Positions 9,449 through 18,445 of a DNA stretch of 29,513 bases are shown here, piece after piece (the stretch's first letter is position 1; each line of letters starts with the position of its first letter). A model generated the notes under the pieces. It saw only the letters and a list, made by a program, of their open reading frames with translations, was not told the DNA's origin and searched no databases. Source of the stretch: a virus (taxonomy: Duplodnaviria; Heunggongvirae; Uroviricota; Caudoviricetes). The stretch lies in the IMG/VR virus record IMGVR_UViG_2563366805_000003; one strand, given 5' to 3'. Both the position numbers and the translations under genes were made by a program.

Positions 9449-10182
9449 TACCCGTCCAGAAGAAGACATTTTCACTGGCTGGTATGTCGCCAAAATCCAG
9501 CAATATGACGGCAAAGTCAGGCATTAATACAGCAGATACAAGCAAAGTTTATCATTTGCTGGTGGTCGGAACGGATGCCTTAACCATACCAGAAATCTCG
9601 GGCGATGATATTAGCATTGAGAAGGTCAGCGGCTGCGCCAGAGAATTTCTGGTCGTAGATGATGTCTTCCGCTCGTGTAGTGACTCCACAAAAACATTCG
9701 TCCACGCGCGTGACGTTAACGAAATGAGCGCGATGTACTGTGCATCTGGTGCTTCCAATAGCGAGTTTTCGGAGTCCATAAAAAAGAGCTTGCCGTTATG
9801 CGGCAACACGGTTTATGGTTATAAGGCACCTCATAAAACGGGTGCCGGGATTGGCGTCCTGAAAATTCTGAAGGCGACATATGACGCGCCGAGCGTCTTT
9901 TTTTATGTCGTAGGTCTGACTCACCCATTTTTTGGGCGTTGGTGTATAATCCAGCGCCTTTGTCAATCAATGGTGGCTCAGGCGGGGGCTTCTTCGGAAG
10001 CGCCGGTATCCTTCAGAGCCGGTTACGCCAACCCTGTCTGGGCTACCACCAGCGAAATTGGCGTTTCCGGTGGTAGCGTAACCTGCTATCTGAAGGAGGC
10101 TGCCACATGCTGGCTACTACCCCTACCCAAAAACCGCAATTTATCTGGATTATCGCCGCAGTTCGCCGCGATTGCCCGATAA
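9445..10182 (+). CDS. hypothetical protein; 3' extent uncertain
   Basis: ATGA start-stop overlap with the previous gene supports a real 5' end. The last third overlaps a promoter-like TATAAT (9946-9951) and hairpins, and overlaps the next ORF by 75 nt, so it may be non-coding leader. Confidence 0.35.
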   Translation: MIPVQKKTFSLAGMSPKSSNMTAKSGINTADTSKVYHLLVVGTDALTIPEISGDDISIEKVSGCAREFLVVDDVFRSCSDSTKTFVHARDVNEMSAMYCASGASNSEFSESIKKSLPLCGNTVYGYKAPHKTGAGIGVLKILKATYDAPSVFFYVVGLTHPFFGRWCIIQRLCQSMVAQAGASSEAPVSFRAGYANPVWATTSEIGVSGGSVTCYLKEAATCWLLPLPKNRNLSGLSPQFAAIAR

Positions 10183-10301
10183 TTACCGCCAAAATTCATC
10201 ATATTGCTGCCGAGTCTGAACGCGATGCTCGCCGTTCTCTGGTGCGCGATCACGTCTGCTTTTTTGCTGGTCGTATCCGCATGGAGGTGGCACATGATTA
10301 A
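10107..10301 (+). CDS. hypothetical small protein
   Basis: Strong RBS AAGGAGG 12 nt upstream; 64 aa. Confidence 0.5.
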   Translation: MLATTPTQKPQFIWIIAAVRRDCPIITAKIHHIAAESERDARRSLVRDHVCFFAGRIRMEVAHD

Positions 10302-10512
10302 AACCTACGATGTGCATATGGATCCCCTCGAACGCACAAGCCAGATCATCACACTGACAGAAGTGATTAATGACATTCTGGTGAGCAACTCTCCCTCACG
10401 AGACGAAAAACTGAAGGCGTTACTCGCGATATTGGATCTCGCCGTTCGTGACGTTCATTTCCTGCTGGAAGGTGGACAAATGCCATGCAAAACGGGGGCA
10501 ACCAATGAATAA
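10288..10512 (+). CDS. hypothetical small protein
   Basis: Internal ATG of ORF 10204-10512 preceded by GGAGGTG; overlaps the previous stop. Confidence 0.5.
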   Translation, partial: WHMIKTYDVHMDPLERTSQIITLTEVINDILVSNSPSRDEKLKALLAILDLAVRDVHFLLEGGQMPCKTGATNE

Positions 10513-10699
10513 CTCAATTAATACCCCTCGCCTTACGTCCGCACTTCAATTAATCGAGCAAGCAGCGGCTGTCCTGCTTGCTGTCAGTCTTTCGGCTGAA
10601 GAGATGGACGCTGCTGATGTCGTGGATGCGATTAAAGCGTGCTCATCTTTGGTTAACGATGCCCGTGCAGAGCTGGTAATTCTTGGGGGTGAAAAATGA
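10505..10699 (+). CDS. hypothetical small protein
   Basis: MNNSINTPRLTSALQLIEQAAAV...; start overlaps the previous gene's end. Confidence 0.45.
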   Translation: MNNSINTPRLTSALQLIEQAAAVLLAVSLSAEEMDAADVVDAIKACSSLVNDARAELVILGGEK

Positions 10700-10959
10700 A
10701 TATCAACTTAATTTATCGTCATCCGTGTGAGCTGGAAATTGAATCATTGCTGGGGCGCGAAGAGCCATATCCAGACACATTCACTCCCGCAGATTGCGCG
10801 ACTGAACGGCTTACCAGAGCGCGCACAGGTCTGGTTCATGTGATGAATGAGATTATTCCCTCGGTGGGAGGGGAACAGGCGACAGTAATCAATAGCTGGC
10901 TACAAAAAGTCACCTCCCTGATAGATATCAGTTTAATCGATGTGGAGAGTGCGAAATGA
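10696..10959 (+). CDS. hypothetical protein
   Basis: 87 aa; ATGA overlap with flanking genes. Confidence 0.5.
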   Translation: MNINLIYRHPCELEIESLLGREEPYPDTFTPADCATERLTRARTGLVHVMNEIIPSVGGEQATVINSWLQKVTSLIDISLIDVESAK

Positions 10960-11177
10960 CCAACATCCAGCTCATTGAAGCGCAATGTCGCATCGAACAG
11001 GTTCAGACTGTTTTAGGGTTCTGGCTTGAAGGGGCCAGCCCAAGCAACAGAGACAAGTTAATGATTGGCGCGGTTATGTCACTGCTCAATGGCGTACCAG
11101 AAGCTATTCAGGAAGCAGACGAATTGTTGGGCAAATATGAGTTACAGAATCATTCAGGCGAGGCGAAACATGAATAA
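10956..11177 (+). CDS. hypothetical protein
   Basis: 73 aa; ATGA overlap with flanking genes. Confidence 0.5.
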   Translation: MTNIQLIEAQCRIEQVQTVLGFWLEGASPSNRDKLMIGAVMSLLNGVPEAIQEADELLGKYELQNHSGEAKHE

Positions 11178-11772
11178 TTTCTTAACTTTCCATGCAGAAG
11201 CAACGCCTGACGGCGTAAACATCATGCACCGCAGCAACGATGGCATGACAGAACGCGTTGAGACCGTCTCATATATTGATGCCGTAAATCGTCTGGATGC
11301 CGGGGATTATGACGATAAACCAGATGAAGGTATGTCAATACATCTCGCTATAGCCGATGGCGGCAACCAGGGATATTTCGATTACACATCACAGCATAAC
11401 GTCATTATGTGGAGATGGCTGATCGCAACAGTATTCATGCTGGAAATGAGAGAGGAAAACGGCACTGTCAGCATCATTGATGATACTGGCAATCCTTCCG
11501 AAGTGGCTGTTTATTCCAACGGCATCGTTGCCATGCCGCTGTATCCAGTAGCAGAGCGCCTCGCTATGGCAAACAACATTGAGGGAGCGATGATAGAACG
11601 TTTTGGCATCGAGTCTGGCACAGAACGCTCCATCATTTTCTACAGAGCCATGATGGATGTGGAACAAGGAGCACTGACTCCATTTGGTCGTGAAACGCTT
11701 GCTGAACTTCACAACAGCTTTATAGCTGAACTGAATGAAAACGGCATGCCATCGGAACCAGTGACGCACTGA
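11170..11772 (+). CDS. hypothetical protein
   Basis: Internal ATG (MNNFLTFHAEATPDG...) preceded by GAGG; 200 aa. Confidence 0.5.
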   Translation: MNNFLTFHAEATPDGVNIMHRSNDGMTERVETVSYIDAVNRLDAGDYDDKPDEGMSIHLAIADGGNQGYFDYTSQHNVIMWRWLIATVFMLEMREENGTVSIIDDTGNPSEVAVYSNGIVAMPLYPVAERLAMANNIEGAMIERFGIESGTERSIIFYRAMMDVEQGALTPFGRETLAELHNSFIAELNENGMPSEPVTH

Positions 11773-11782
11773 GGATGGAACC

Positions 11783-12124
11783 ATGATTACTAAAAATTTC
11801 CGACTGAATGCGCTGGCAAATAAGTATGCGTCGGCACTGTATAACCACATTACCTCCACCAGCGGAGGGGACTATTTCATGGTTGATGCGGACGGCGAGG
11901 CCGTACGTGTGGAAATCGTCAATGGAGTAAAAGGCGTTCGCAGCCTGATCGATAGCTACACACTGGCAGCCATGAAAGTGTTCTACCCGCAGTGGGAAAC
12001 CGTGGGGATCGAGCTTATTGAGCGTTGCGTCACTAAGGACGGATTGACTGACGTCGGGCGTGAGATATGGCAAAGCATGGTTAATGACATGGGCGCAACT
12101 GTAGCGGGAGGTTCTCATGCGTGA
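11783..12124 (+). CDS. hypothetical protein
   Basis: 113-aa ORF preceded by GAGGATGG. Confidence 0.5.
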   Translation: MITKNFRLNALANKYASALYNHITSTSGGDYFMVDADGEAVRVEIVNGVKGVRSLIDSYTLAAMKVFYPQWETVGIELIERCVTKDGLTDVGREIWQSMVNDMGATVAGGSHA

Positions 12125-12488
12125 AAATGCAGAAATGGCGCTTAGCTCCGCAATCGGAGAGCAGGTGGCAAAGATTGCTGGTGCTGTGTGGATTCATAAC
12201 CTTCATTCTACTGGTGAAGAGAAAATGGCAATTCAGACGCCAGAGGGACGCACCATTACTACATCTCTGAAGCCGTCAGATGTTTGTGATCTGATTTGCG
12301 CATTCATGTACCCAGCAATGAGGACTGTCCACGGCGATAAGTGGAAACTTGCGACAACCGCTGAATTTGATATGTGGCTAAACAATGATGGCATGCTGAC
12401 TGATTACGGAATAACCAAGTGGCAGATGCTGGTTAGCCATATCGCAAACGCTATAGACCACGTGGGGTACGGTGATGCGAAACATTGA
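12117..12488 (+). CDS. hypothetical protein
   Basis: 123-aa ORF overlapping the previous and next genes. Confidence 0.5.
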   Translation: MRENAEMALSSAIGEQVAKIAGAVWIHNLHSTGEEKMAIQTPEGRTITTSLKPSDVCDLICAFMYPAMRTVHGDKWKLATTAEFDMWLNNDGMLTDYGITKWQMLVSHIANAIDHVGYGDAKH

Positions 12489-15231
12489 TCTTATCCGTCA
12501 GGTTATCAGTGCGTCTGAAAACAACTGGCCTCATGTGCTGGGCTGCCTGAACATAAATGTCCCTGACTCTCCGCGCCGTCATGCTCCCTGCCCTGCATGT
12601 GGGGGCAAAGATCGATTCCGGTTCGATGACAACGGGCGCGGTAGCTTCATCTGTAATCAGTGCGGCGCTGGTGATGGGCTGGATTTAATTAAACGCGTAA
12701 ATAACTGCGACACAACAGAGGCGGCGCTTCTTGCCGCTGATGTTCTGGGTATTGATTACCGGACAACGGAAACACCAGAAGCCACCAGCCAGAAACGGGA
12801 ACAACTGGAAACCGAGCGCCAGCGACGCGAACAGGAGCGCCTGAAAAGGGCAGAGAAGGACGAACAACAAAGACGGGATACGTTTTCCCGTCAGTTTGAT
12901 GACATGCGCAGAAAGGCTGTAAACGGCAAATCTGATTATCTGGTTGCGAAAGGGGTAGGTGATTTTACATTCCCCGTGTTGCCCGATGGATCTCTGTTGC
13001 TGGCGCTGGTGGATAAATCCGGCGCAGTAACAGCAGCACAGACTATTACCTCACATGGTGAAAAAAGACTCCTGACAGGTTCAGCAAAGCGAGGGGCATA
13101 TCACGCCATAAACGCACCAGAAACAACACAGAGCATCTTAATCGCAGAAGGGCTGGCAACGGCATTATCTGCCCATTTAATGCGTCCAGAGGCGCTGACA
13201 GTGGCGGCGATTGATGCCGGGAACCTGTTATATGTCGCCCAGGTACTGCGGGATAAATTTCCTTCAGCACAAATCATCATTGCTGCGGATAACGACCACA
13301 GCGAAGGAAGACAAAACACGGGGAGAATAGCAGCAGAAAAAGCAGCTTTATCTGTTTCTGGATGGGTGGCATTACCCCCGACAGATCACAAAGCAGACTG
13401 GAATGATTACCACCAAAAACACGGCATTAAATGCGCCACAGAAGCGTTCAATAAGTCAATGTACCAACCACAGGGTAATGGCGTGAAACAGGAGCCACAG
13501 ACCATTGAGGGAAGCGATTTTAAGGTTATGGATACCGATCCACTGAAACCAAGAATAGAAAGCCGCGAGGATGGTATTTATTGGGTATCTCCGAGAGCTG
13601 ACAGCCAGAGTGGAGAAATCATCAATAACGAAAGCTGGTTATGTTCTCCGTTAAGCGTTATCGGTACTGGCAGAGACGATAAAGACCAGTATCTCATTCT
13701 TCGCTGGCTGTCGTTTGGTTCTGAAACGCCGACAACCGCTGCCATTCCACTGGCTGATATTGGTGAACGTGAAGGATGGCGCACACTTAAAGCTGGTGGG
13801 GTAAATGTCACGACCAAAAGCAGCCTCAGAGCAATACTGGCAGACTGGCTACAACGCAGTGGCTCTCGTGAATTGTGGCGTGTTGCTCATGCCACTGGCT
13901 GGCAATGCGGAGCGTACATCATGCCTGATGGGGAAATCATCGGAACACCTGAAAATCCTGTGCTGTTCAGCGGGAGAAGCTCAGCCGCAGCCGGATATAC
14001 CGTCTCAGGGAGCGCGAAAAGCTGGCGTGATAACGTGGCGCGTCTGGCCTTTGGTAACTATTCAATGATGACCGGGATCGGCGCAGCACTGGCAGCGCCA
14101 TTGATTGGGCTGGTGGGCGCTGACGGGTTCGGCATTCATTTCTATGAGCAGTCGAGCGCAGGTAAGACCACCACGGCAAACGTGGCGAGCAGCTTATACG
14201 GCAACCCTGATTTACTGCGGCTGACGTGGTACGGAACCGCGCTGGGGCTGGCAAATGAGGCCGCCGCCCACAATGACGGACTAATGCCGCTTGATGAAGT
14301 TGGTCAGGGCGCTGATCCTGTCAGCGTTTCACAGTCTGCCTATGCGTTATTTAACGGTGTAGGGAAACTGCAAGGCGCTAAAGATGGTGGAAACCGGGAT
14401 CTAAAACGCTGGCGTACAGTGGCAATCAGCACCGGAGAAATGGATTTAGAAACATTTATCGCTACTTCCGGGCGAAAAACCAAAGCCGGGCAACTGGTGC
14501 GACTGCTGAATATTCCGTTGAGTAAAGCAGTACGCTTTCACGATTACCAGAACGGAAAACAGCACGCAGACGCACTGAAAGACGCTTACCAGCATCACCA
14601 CGGCGCGTCCGGGCGTGAGTGGATTAAATGGCTGGCAGACCACCAGCAACAGGCTATTAAAACCGTTCGTGATTGCGAAAGCAGATGGAGAAGCCTGATC
14701 CCATCCGATTATGGTGAGCAGGTTCACCGTGTAGCCGCGCGATTTGCCATTCTGGAGGCCGCATTGTTGTTAGGCGAGGTTGTAACAGGCTGGGATGCTC
14801 AGACATGCCGTGATGCGATACAGCACAGCTATAACGCATGGTTGCGCGAGTTCGGCACAGGTAACAAAGAGCATCAGCAGATTATTGAACAAACGGAGGC
14901 ATTTCTTAATGCCTATGGGCTTAGCCGTTTTGCACCATTTCCATACAGCCCGGCAGATTTGCCCATCAAAGATTTAGCCGGATACCGTCAGCGTGGAGAA
15001 CATGACGAAAGCCCAATGATTTTCTACACATTCCCGGCCACATTTGAAAAGGAGATCGCATGTGGTTTCAACGCAAAACAGTTTGCTGAAGTGTTGAAAA
15101 AAGCCGGGATGCTAACCCCACCAAACAGCGGTCGTGGATACCAAAGAAAATCACCACGTATTCAGGGACGACAAATAAACGTTTATGTACTCAATTACCA
15201 GCCAGGAGATTATAACTCATCTGAAGAATGA
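12472..15231 (+). CDS. primase-helicase (phage P4 alpha-like): zinc-binding primase N-terminus plus P-loop NTPase/helicase C-terminus
   Basis: 919 aa. Zinc finger CPACGGKDRFRFDD...FICNQCGAGDGLDLI is typical of P4 alpha / PICI Pri-Rep primases. Walker A-like GIHFYEQSSAGKTT further on. Iterons follow the stop immediately. Confidence 0.85.
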   Translation: MMRNIDLIRQVISASENNWPHVLGCLNINVPDSPRRHAPCPACGGKDRFRFDDNGRGSFICNQCGAGDGLDLIKRVNNCDTTEAALLAADVLGIDYRTTETPEATSQKREQLETERQRREQERLKRAEKDEQQRRDTFSRQFDDMRRKAVNGKSDYLVAKGVGDFTFPVLPDGSLLLALVDKSGAVTAAQTITSHGEKRLLTGSAKRGAYHAINAPETTQSILIAEGLATALSAHLMRPEALTVAAIDAGNLLYVAQVLRDKFPSAQIIIAADNDHSEGRQNTGRIAAEKAALSVSGWVALPPTDHKADWNDYHQKHGIKCATEAFNKSMYQPQGNGVKQEPQTIEGSDFKVMDTDPLKPRIESREDGIYWVSPRADSQSGEIINNESWLCSPLSVIGTGRDDKDQYLILRWLSFGSETPTTAAIPLADIGEREGWRTLKAGGVNVTTKSSLRAILADWLQRSGSRELWRVAHATGWQCGAYIMPDGEIIGTPENPVLFSGRSSAAAGYTVSGSAKSWRDNVARLAFGNYSMMTGIGAALAAPLIGLVGADGFGIHFYEQSSAGKTTTANVASSLYGNPDLLRLTWYGTALGLANEAAAHNDGLMPLDEVGQGADPVSVSQSAYALFNGVGKLQGAKDGGNRDLKRWRTVAISTGEMDLETFIATSGRKTKAGQLVRLLNIPLSKAVRFHDYQNGKQHADALKDAYQHHHGASGREWIKWLADHQQQAIKTVRDCESRWRSLIPSDYGEQVHRVAARFAILEAALLLGEVVTGWDAQTCRDAIQHSYNAWLREFGTGNKEHQQIIEQTEAFLNAYGLSRFAPFPYSPADLPIKDLAGYRQRGEHDESPMIFYTFPATFEKEIACGFNAKQFAEVLKKAGMLTPPNSGRGYQRKSPRIQGRQINVYVLNYQPGDYNSSEE

Positions 15232-15256
15232 GCTTCTTCATGTGCGTAGAAAAGGT

Positions 15257-15367
15257 GTTGGTTCAGTTGGTTCAGTTGGTTCAATTTGTAAAGAGTATTG
15301 TTTTATAAGGATTTTATTCTTTTTATTGAACCAACACTGAACCAACAACACGGTATTTTGAACCAAC
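15257..15367. repeat. iteron cluster (putative replication origin): 3 tandem GTTGGTTCA (10-bp period), AT-rich spacer, 3 inverted TGAACCAAC
   Basis: GTTGGTTCA at 15257, 15267 and 15277. TGAACCAAC at 15327, 15338 and 15359. Spacer is ATTTGTAAAGAGTATTGTTTTATAAGGATTTTATTCTTTTTAT. Starts 26 bp after the primase stop. Confidence 0.7.
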
Positions 15368-15815
15368 ACAATGTGACTGAATTGATGCGCACAACACCTG
15401 GCTGGCATCAGAGAGTGTTTTACGAGACTTTCGTAAAATCCTGTGTACAAGGGCGTGACGTTTTTGAAAGTGAGCACTACGAAATTTTCGTAGTTCAAAA
15501 AACAGCCTCTGAGAAGTTGTTATGCCTGTTCAGCAAACCATCCGCATAGCTGATCGCGAATCAAATTACCAATGGAGCCAGAAGCAAGGGCAGAACTGAA
15601 AAGCGCCTGCCGTGAAGAGTAATGCGACACCATAAATATAGTTTTTAGAGTCCATAAAAAACCTGTCAAAACCTGACACACAGAACGATGCCACCAGCTA
15701 CTGAGCGGTGGCATTTTTTTGTGCTATTTGTTTCATATTTTGCAATTATGATGATGAATATTGCGATTTGTGAAACTATAATAACTGTTGTTTTATACAG
15801 TTCTAAGGGGGCGTT

Positions 15816-15977
15816 ATGGCTATTTCAGTAAAGCCGGTATTGATAAGTGAGAAGCAAATGGAAGCGATAAAGAAAATTCAGGAAGAGCAGCGTAAAAAAT
15901 CAGGAATTGGAGTAGCGCCAACTCTGCATGAAATTGCACGAGGGTTAATAGATAAGGCGCTGGCAGGCTGTATGTGA
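15816..15977 (+). CDS. hypothetical small protein (53 aa), not in the supplied ORF track
   Basis: ATG at 15816 preceded by AAGGGGGCG. Translation MAISVKPVLISEKQMEAIKKIQEEQRKKSGIGVAPTLHEIARGLIDKALAGCM. Stop at 15975-15977, 16 nt before the next gene. Confidence 0.4.
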   Translation: MAISVKPVLISEKQMEAIKKIQEEQRKKSGIGVAPTLHEIARGLIDKALAGCM

Positions 15978-15993
15978 AAATGGATGGCATCGC

Positions 15994-16455
15994 ATGGAAC
16001 TAAAATTTATTGATAACCCTGTGCGATTACAGGCCTTTCTTAACGAGCCAGGCAATACCGAAAATATTGTTGAGCCGGGGCACACGTACTACATCAAGCC
16101 TGATGCGGTATATCTCGGCATCTACGAAGGATTAGTGCTGGCTGGCGTTCATGAAGTGCGTAACTTCTGGCATAGCGTTGTTGAATGCCATGCGGTGTAC
16201 GACCCCGGATTCCGTGGTGAATATGCACTGCAAGGACATCGATTATTCTGCAAATGGCTTCTCGAAAACTCACCATTCCTTAACAGCATCACTATGGTTC
16301 CTGACACCACGAAATACGGACGGGCAATTATCCGTTTGCTTGGCGCTACCCGTGTTGGTCACCTTGATGATGCTTATATCAGATGTGGTAAACCCGTCGG
16401 CGTAACGCTTTATCAGTTAACTCGGCAACAATATAAGGAATTCAGCGAATGTTAA
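15994..16455 (+). CDS. hypothetical phage-like protein; first gene of the putative ejection-protein cassette
   Basis: 153-aa ORF overlapping the start of the next gene. Confidence 0.5.
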   Translation: MELKFIDNPVRLQAFLNEPGNTENIVEPGHTYYIKPDAVYLGIYEGLVLAGVHEVRNFWHSVVECHAVYDPGFRGEYALQGHRLFCKWLLENSPFLNSITMVPDTTKYGRAIIRLLGATRVGHLDDAYIRCGKPVGVTLYQLTRQQYKEFSEC

Positions 16456-17126
16456 TTACCCATATAGCTCATAAACATCTCAATCGTGCCGTATACGAAA
16501 AAGGCGGTGATGGTGGTGCCTCTAAAGCTCAGGCGAAGGCCCAGCAGCAGGCAATTGATTTGCAGCGCGAGCAGTGGAATACTGTGATGAATAATCTCAA
16601 GCCGTATGCAGAAGTCGGATTGCCTGCTTTACAACAACTGCAAGGACTGATGACTCTGGAAGGGCAGAATAAAGCCGCGAATGATTTCTTTGGTTCTGGT
16701 TTATATAAAACACAGGCAGATCAGGCCCGTTATCAGAACCTTGTCTCAGCAGAAGCTACCGGGGGGCTTGGCTCAACAGCTACCAGTAACCAGTTATCTT
16801 CCATTGCGCCCATGCTTTATAACAATTGGCTTAGTGGGCAAATGCAAAATTATGGAAACCTGCTAAATGTCGGGATGAATGCGGCATCAGGGCAGGCAAC
16901 AGCAGGGCAAAACTACGCCAATAATACCGGGCAACTCTTGCAGGGGCTTGGCGCTATTCGTGCAGGTCAGGCGCAGCAGCCATCCAGTCTTGCGCGTGGT
17001 ATTGGTGGGGCGGCATCAGGCGCTTTAGCGGGTGCGCAACTTGGTTCCGTTGTTCCGGGTATAGGTAATGTCGCCGGGGCTATTGGTGGTGGGCTTATTG
17101 GTCTTGTTGGGGGGCTTGGATTCTAA
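16449..17126 (+). CDS. putative DNA-ejection / internal virion protein, small (gp7-like by size and position), Gly-rich hydrophobic C-terminus
   Basis: 225 aa. C-terminus GAASGALAGAQLGSVVPGIGNVAGAIGGGLIGLVGGLGF is a glycine-zipper-like segment. Stop overlaps the next ATG. Confidence 0.45.
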   Translation: MLITHIAHKHLNRAVYEKGGDGGASKAQAKAQQQAIDLQREQWNTVMNNLKPYAEVGLPALQQLQGLMTLEGQNKAANDFFGSGLYKTQADQARYQNLVSAEATGGLGSTATSNQLSSIAPMLYNNWLSGQMQNYGNLLNVGMNAASGQATAGQNYANNTGQLLQGLGAIRAGQAQQPSSLARGIGGAASGALAGAQLGSVVPGIGNVAGAIGGGLIGLVGGLGF

Positions 17127-18445
17127 TGGCGACATGGCAACTTGGCGGGCTGCCTAGCATGGCACCGCAAAATGATAATGCTCCTCGTTCTTCCGTTCCT
17201 CAGCCTGTGCAGTATCAGCAGCAGCCAAACGTAGGTTTAATGGCGCTACAGGGGCTAAGAGGCGTTGCTGAGATTAATCAGCAGGCGCAAATTTCCCAGC
17301 AGCTAAAAGAATATCAGGCACGGTTGGGTAGTGCGGTAGCTAATAATGATCGTGTTGGCGTGCAGAAGTTAATGGCCCAGTATCCCCAGTTTATGGCTGA
17401 TTCTCAAAAACAGATGGGATTCATTGATGCTGAGCAAAATCGGCAGACCGCTGACGCTGCCATGAATCTGCGTCTTGCGTCACAAACTGGAGATCCACTG
17501 ACCATGCAGAAGGCCATTCAGCAGGCAAATCCAGTATTACAGCGATTTGGTCTTCCTGCTGAAGAGGTTTATCAGTCTTGGCAGAATGACCCACAGGAAT
17601 TCAACAGAATCACTGACCTCATCCACCTCCATGCTGATCCAAATAGTTACTTTAGTGTTCAAGAGAAGCAGCAAGGGCAGAGTATTGCACAGCAGAACGC
17701 AGATACATCTGCATATAATGCTCAGGTTAATGCGGAGCAGGGTAATCGGCGTCTCGATATGGAGCAGTTCAAAGTCATATCCGATAACCAACTACGCACG
17801 AGAGAAATGGTTCTGAAAGCACGACTTGGACGTGCTCAAAATGACATCGAGAGAGACAAGCTCAATGCTGAACTGAGCAAGGTACAGCAGGCGAAAGTGG
17901 AGAAGATGAACGATAAAATTAATACTGTTGCAGGTAATATCGACTCCTTGAACTCTGCGCTTGAAGTGGGTCATGAACTGGCGGGAATTGTAGGGAAACA
18001 TCCTTCGGCCGTTACCCGTTCGCAGAACTATAACCCCCTGACGCTGGGGTTTGGATTCCTCCCTGATGTAGCAGAAGACACACGAAGCCTACGCGCCAAA
18101 GCTGATGAATACAACCTAAAGGTTATTCTGCCTAGCCTAAAAGGTACTTTTGGCTCTAACCCAACCGAAGGGGAAAGGGCTGCCCTTATGCAATCTCAAA
18201 ATGGCATTAAGTCAGCAACCAGCAATGAGGCATTTTTGCGAGAGTTGAATAAAGCGCAGGACGTAATTATTCGAATGCAGAAACGACAGATTGCCGGGCT
18301 CGGTATTCCTGTAACCAAATCTAAGGACGAAGAAACTGATACCAAAATGCTGTTGCAGGATCCTTCACTGGTTAAGGATTATGTGACCGCACATGGCTAT
18401 CTGCCGGAAAGTTACTATCAGGCAAAACTTAAGGGATGGCAATGA
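17126..18445 (+). CDS. putative DNA-ejection / internal virion protein, middle (gp20-like by size), Gln-rich
   Basis: 439 aa, Q-rich with coiled-coil-like stretches. Translationally coupled on both sides. Confidence 0.45.
   Translation: MATWQLGGLPSMAPQNDNAPRSSVPQPVQYQQQPNVGLMALQGLRGVAEINQQAQISQQLKEYQARLGSAVANNDRVGVQKLMAQYPQFMADSQKQMGFIDAEQNRQTADAAMNLRLASQTGDPLTMQKAIQQANPVLQRFGLPAEEVYQSWQNDPQEFNRITDLIHLHADPNSYFSVQEKQQGQSIAQQNADTSAYNAQVNAEQGNRRLDMEQFKVISDNQLRTREMVLKARLGRAQNDIERDKLNAELSKVQQAKVEKMNDKINTVAGNIDSLNSALEVGHELAGIVGKHPSAVTRSQNYNPLTLGFGFLPDVAEDTRSLRAKADEYNLKVILPSLKGTFGSNPTEGERAALMQSQNGIKSATSNEAFLRELNKAQDVIIRMQKRQIAGLGIPVTKSKDEETDTKMLLQDPSLVKDYVTAHGYLPESYYQAKLKGWQ

Noticed and set aside
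9940-10300. P4 CI-RNA-like immunity RNA: TATAAT at 9946-9951, hairpins, and the repeated GGAGG(C/T)TG(C/G)CACATG at 10094 and 10283
   Set aside because: I could not find a convincing complementary seqB-like segment, and the repeats coincide with ordinary RBS-start regions. The region is also covered by a possible coding ORF. Worth a covariance-model search but not called.
12685-15231. Numerous antisense or alternative-frame ORFs inside the primase-helicase and the SLT-domain gene (for example 13046-13270, 13967-14254, 19963-20394)
   Set aside because: They are embedded in long, well-supported coding regions with recognisable motifs; treated as frame shadows.
15257-15367. Tandem short repeats (GTTGGTTCA, three copies with 10-bp period) could be mistaken for a CRISPR array
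   Set aside because: Units are only 9-10 bp with no unique spacers and no cas genes nearby. The architecture (direct copies, AT-rich spacer, inverted copies) is that of origin iterons.
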